Assembly: GCF_001194135.2 (NCBI RefSeq)
Contig: NC_068982.1
Location: forward strand, 118,706,121 to 118,748,431
DNA: 42,311 bases
Direction: 5' to 3'
Source: Octopus bimaculoides
Taxonomy: Eukaryota
A model generated the notes under the pieces. That model was given only the letters and a program-made list of their open reading frames with translations, searched no databases and was not told the origin of the DNA. Below, in pieces: positions 38,791 through 42,311 of this stretch (position 1 is its first letter; every line of letters begins with the position of its first letter). The translations under genes and the position numbers were made by a program.

Positions 38791-39287
38791 TATATATTTT
38801 AATGCATGTTCACATATTTATCACTGTGCATACTTCATCGACTAAAATCCTCTGAGGAAAATGCGAAATTACAATCATTTCAAAGTCATGATTAGTGAAA
38901 GCGAAACTGGTCGACAAAAACAGTACTCTGTTATTAATAAAGTATATTTTAAAACATATTTAGATATATATTGTATACAAAATAAACTGTGTGCATGTTC
39001 TTTCTTTTATTTTAATCTAGCAGAAAGACTGCCCTCCGGGTGGTTTCCTGCTAACCCCTTGATAATATTTTCACATTTCCAATTCTAATAATTTTTATAT
39101 TTTACGTATAATTATTTATTTGTATAATGGTGCTCATTTTCTTAGTAAATATTGCTTTCATTAATTTATCATAGTCATAATCTCTATTTTTAAAACAAAT
39201 ATCATGGTAGTCCAACAATATGGGGAGAAGTAGTTTATCAAGTTTTACTTTCTCATCAAATTCAGCATCCTATCTGTAAGCTTTGCA

Positions 39288-39320
<33 letters not shown>

Positions 39321-40169
39321 CGAGTGAGATGTTGGGAGAGAGAACATTGCAAACAATGAATGAAATAAACATGCAATGAAGCAATCGTATAAAAAAGGGC
39401 ATTACAATAGATGTAAACGCCCCCGATTTTGTTGCCTCATGATATTCAGAAAAATGGTTACTTTTAACTAAATTTTCGACAAATACCGCTCAGATGTTGT
39501 GGCTTCAGATTATATAGGAACTTTGGACGAAGAATTTTTCTGAGGGGTTGGAAAGAGGAGTTTCGGAAAATTCACACGATCTGACTTTTATCCGTCATAA
39601 ATTTCGGGAACATGGGTATATTTTAATGAAAATTTATAGAAATCCCTTTCAAATGGCATACATTACGAACATAAAGAAATTTGTGGGAACAGTTTTTCGG
39701 GGATTACCCATATTTTTTAAGCCATGGCCACCAAAATGATAGCGTTATGATGGGGAGGGGAATATTTGTATGAATAAGTTTTGAAAACTCTTTTTGTTGA
39801 TACAACCCCTCCCTCATCATCCCACTTTAGACCTATTTTGGAAATTATTTTGCGCTTCAAAACCATAGGATTTTTTTTTAATTGTTATTATTTTTAGAAG
39901 GGAAAGTGAGGGCCGTTTTGCTATTGTTTCTAGCATATCCAAGGCAACACTGCTTGTTTCTTTATCACTCTCACGTGTATTGATGTTTTTCAATAATTGT
40001 CCCCCATAAATACATCCATATGCTATTATAAAGGAACCTTTGAGAAATTATGAATTTTCTGCAACTTCACTCCCTGCATCCGATTGTTTCTCTTTAGAAA
40101 TTAAAATATTGGAGAACCTGAGAAGGTCATTGCTGGCATTTATCTACAGTGATATAAAAAAAATTACGG

Positions 40170-40633
40170 AGATGTACTTACATATTTAAGTCACTAGATC
40201 TGAGATCGTGTGCGGCAACAAAAACAATTGCAGTATGGAAGAAGTTTGTAAGCCATTCAAGAAAACACGAAAACTGTTAGTTTCACGGCAATACTTAAAT
40301 ATAGAGATCCAATGCATCTACGAAACGTTATGAAGGCGAAGGTTAGTTTTTAGGGTTAGTTTTAGGGTTAGTTAGAGCTAGGGTTAGCTTTAGGGTTAGT
40401 TGGAGTTAGGGTTAGCTTTAGGGTTAGTTAGGGTTAAGGTTAGAGTGTCATTACACGTCCGTAACACCTGTATTTAAGTAGTACCATTAAGAGGCCTTTG
40501 TATTTAAGTATTACCAAATTCACTTTAACATTAAAATTTCATTTGTGTCAAAATATTTTCGTGGCTTTGAAACCGCGACCTGTTCACTGACAAAACTTCA
40601 TAAAAGTGATGCAGCACGAAGTTTTGTCAGTGA
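40170..40633. mobile_element. Non-autonomous repeat with internal degenerate TTAGGG-like array and terminal 16-bp hairpin (Helitron/Helentron-like, tentative)
   Basis: ttagggttag units at 40341-40445. Perfect inverted repeat tcactgacaaaacttc (40584-40599) with gaagttttgtcagtga (40618-40633). The family assignment is inference. Confidence 0.5.
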
Positions 40634-42267
40634 GCGCGCGCACACACACATTCATTGCTTTTCCTTTGTATGTATGTGTAAATGTGTGTGTGCACGAGAG
40701 TGTCATTATTGAAGTCGCTCGTGCAACTTGCTTGTGTATACATTGGCATAGCGGTATAGAATGTTTGGAAACAACGAATAATATGCTAGTTTCGAGTACT
40801 AGTCGGTAACTTTTTTCTCCTCGTCTTCCAAATTTCTAGGACCTTCCAACTTTCTAGGATCTTCTCACAGCTATCCTGCGTTCAAAAATTACATGGGTGT
40901 CTTAAAAATAATGTTTTACATCACGTATACATTAATAAAATAAACTGTTGCTTTTCGAAGTAGTGAATTAAAACTTAAAAGACAAAGTGAGAGACTTTGC
41001 AAATGAAAATAGCATACTCTGCAGTGAATGCAAGGAATAGTTAAATCAGTGATGAATTGGACGCAGTGAATGAAATGAATATTTAAATTTGTGAGAAATT
41101 GGAGTTTAAGAAAATCCAATAAACTTCAGAATTTGAATTATAGGAAATTTCTGAGAACATGAATTTATAAAAATATTTTCAGTCAGTCAACCCTTTAATA
41201 ATTGCCTTCTCTATTATAGCATAGATGTATATATATTTTGCAGTACAACTCACCACGTGAGGATAGTCGAAATTTCCCTCCCATTCTCTTACTATATACA
41301 TATATATATTTATATATATATATATATNNNNNNNNNNNNNNNNNNNNNNNNNNNNNNNNNNNNNNNNNNNNNNNNNNNNNNNNNNNNNNNNNNNNNNNNN
41401 NNNNNNNNNNNNNNNNNNNNNNNNNNNNNNNNNNNNNNNNNNNNNNNNNNNNNNNNNNNNNNNNNNNNNNNNNNNNNNNNNNNNNNNNNNNNNNNNNNNN
41501 NNNNNNNNNNNNNNNNNNNNNNNNNNNNNNNNNNNNNNNNNNNNNNNNNNNNNNNNNNNNNNNNNNNNNNNNNNNNNNNNNNNNNNNNNNNNNNNNNNNN
41601 NNNNNNNNNNNNNNNNNNNNNNNNNNNNNNNNNNNNNNNNNNNNNNNNNNNNNNNNNNNNNNNNNNNNNNNNNNNNNNNNNNNNNNNNNNNNNNNNNNNN
41701 NNNNNNNNNNNNNNNNNNNNNNNNNNNNNNNNNNNNNNNNNNNNNNNNNNNNNNNNNNNNNNNNNNNNNNNNNNNNNNNNNNNNNNNNNNNNNNNNNNNN
41801 NNNNNNNNNNNNNNNNNNNNNNNNNNNNNNNNNNNNNNNNNNNNNNNNNNNNNNNNNNNNNNNNNNNNNNNNNNNNNNNNNNNNNNNNNNNNNNNNNNNN
41901 NNNNNNNNNATATACATGTATTTGCATATATATGTGTGTACATGAACACCATAAATCACGTCGTTAATACATTATTAATTATCAGTGCATCGATCTGGAA
42001 TTTCCCCTATACTTGACATGTGACATCGATCGAAATGCAAATACGAGACTAAGTACATAAACCTAAAAATTTAGCAAAATATTATACGGTGTTTATCTTA
42101 CTAACACACATATATCCGTCACATATAACAAATATGTAGTAATAAAAATATCAATAGAAAGATAATTGTTACATATAGATGCTTATTTGTACATACAACA
42201 TACGTACATGCATACATAAATACTAACATACATTCTTCTGTGTTTGTGCGTGTGTGTGAATCGAAAG

Positions 42268-42299
<32 letters not shown>

Positions 42300-42311
42300 G
42301 TATATATATAT

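Noticed and set aside
1-42311. CRISPR array, prokaryotic operon, intact tRNA or rRNA genes
   Set aside because: No repeat-spacer array or operon structure is present. The tRNA-like boxes belong to SINE heads, and the two 29-bp duplications have no spacers.

Overview
AT-rich, microsatellite-dense eukaryotic scaffold with seven N gaps, each with simple repeats on at least one side, as expected of a short-read assembly. The tRNA-derived SINE families and R4/Dong-type 3' ends resemble repeats I recall from octopus, so a coleoid cephalopod origin is an inference and not a database result. No intact, nameable protein-coding gene is visible, and nearly all ORF-track entries are microsatellite or gap artefacts. 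The recognisable content is decayed transposons: a ~3 kb CR1-like LINE (APE + RT, 23150-26115), five R4/Dong-type REL-LINE fragments, two Penelope-like GIY-YIG fragments, a probable I/Jockey-type LINE remnant, five SINE copies, a Helentron-type non-autonomous element, and an element carrying TTAGGG-like repeats and a 16-bp hairpin. A few small + strand splice-bounded candidate exons (7018-7078, 8512-8576, 13589-13629, 32889-32939) suggest an unidentified host gene or genes. I found no convincing novel multi-gene system. The best leads are a compound perfect palindrome (19145-19207), the recurring link between Dong fragments and trinucleotide arrays, a possible decayed Penelope hammerhead ribozyme, the telomere-like hairpin element and the candidate exons.
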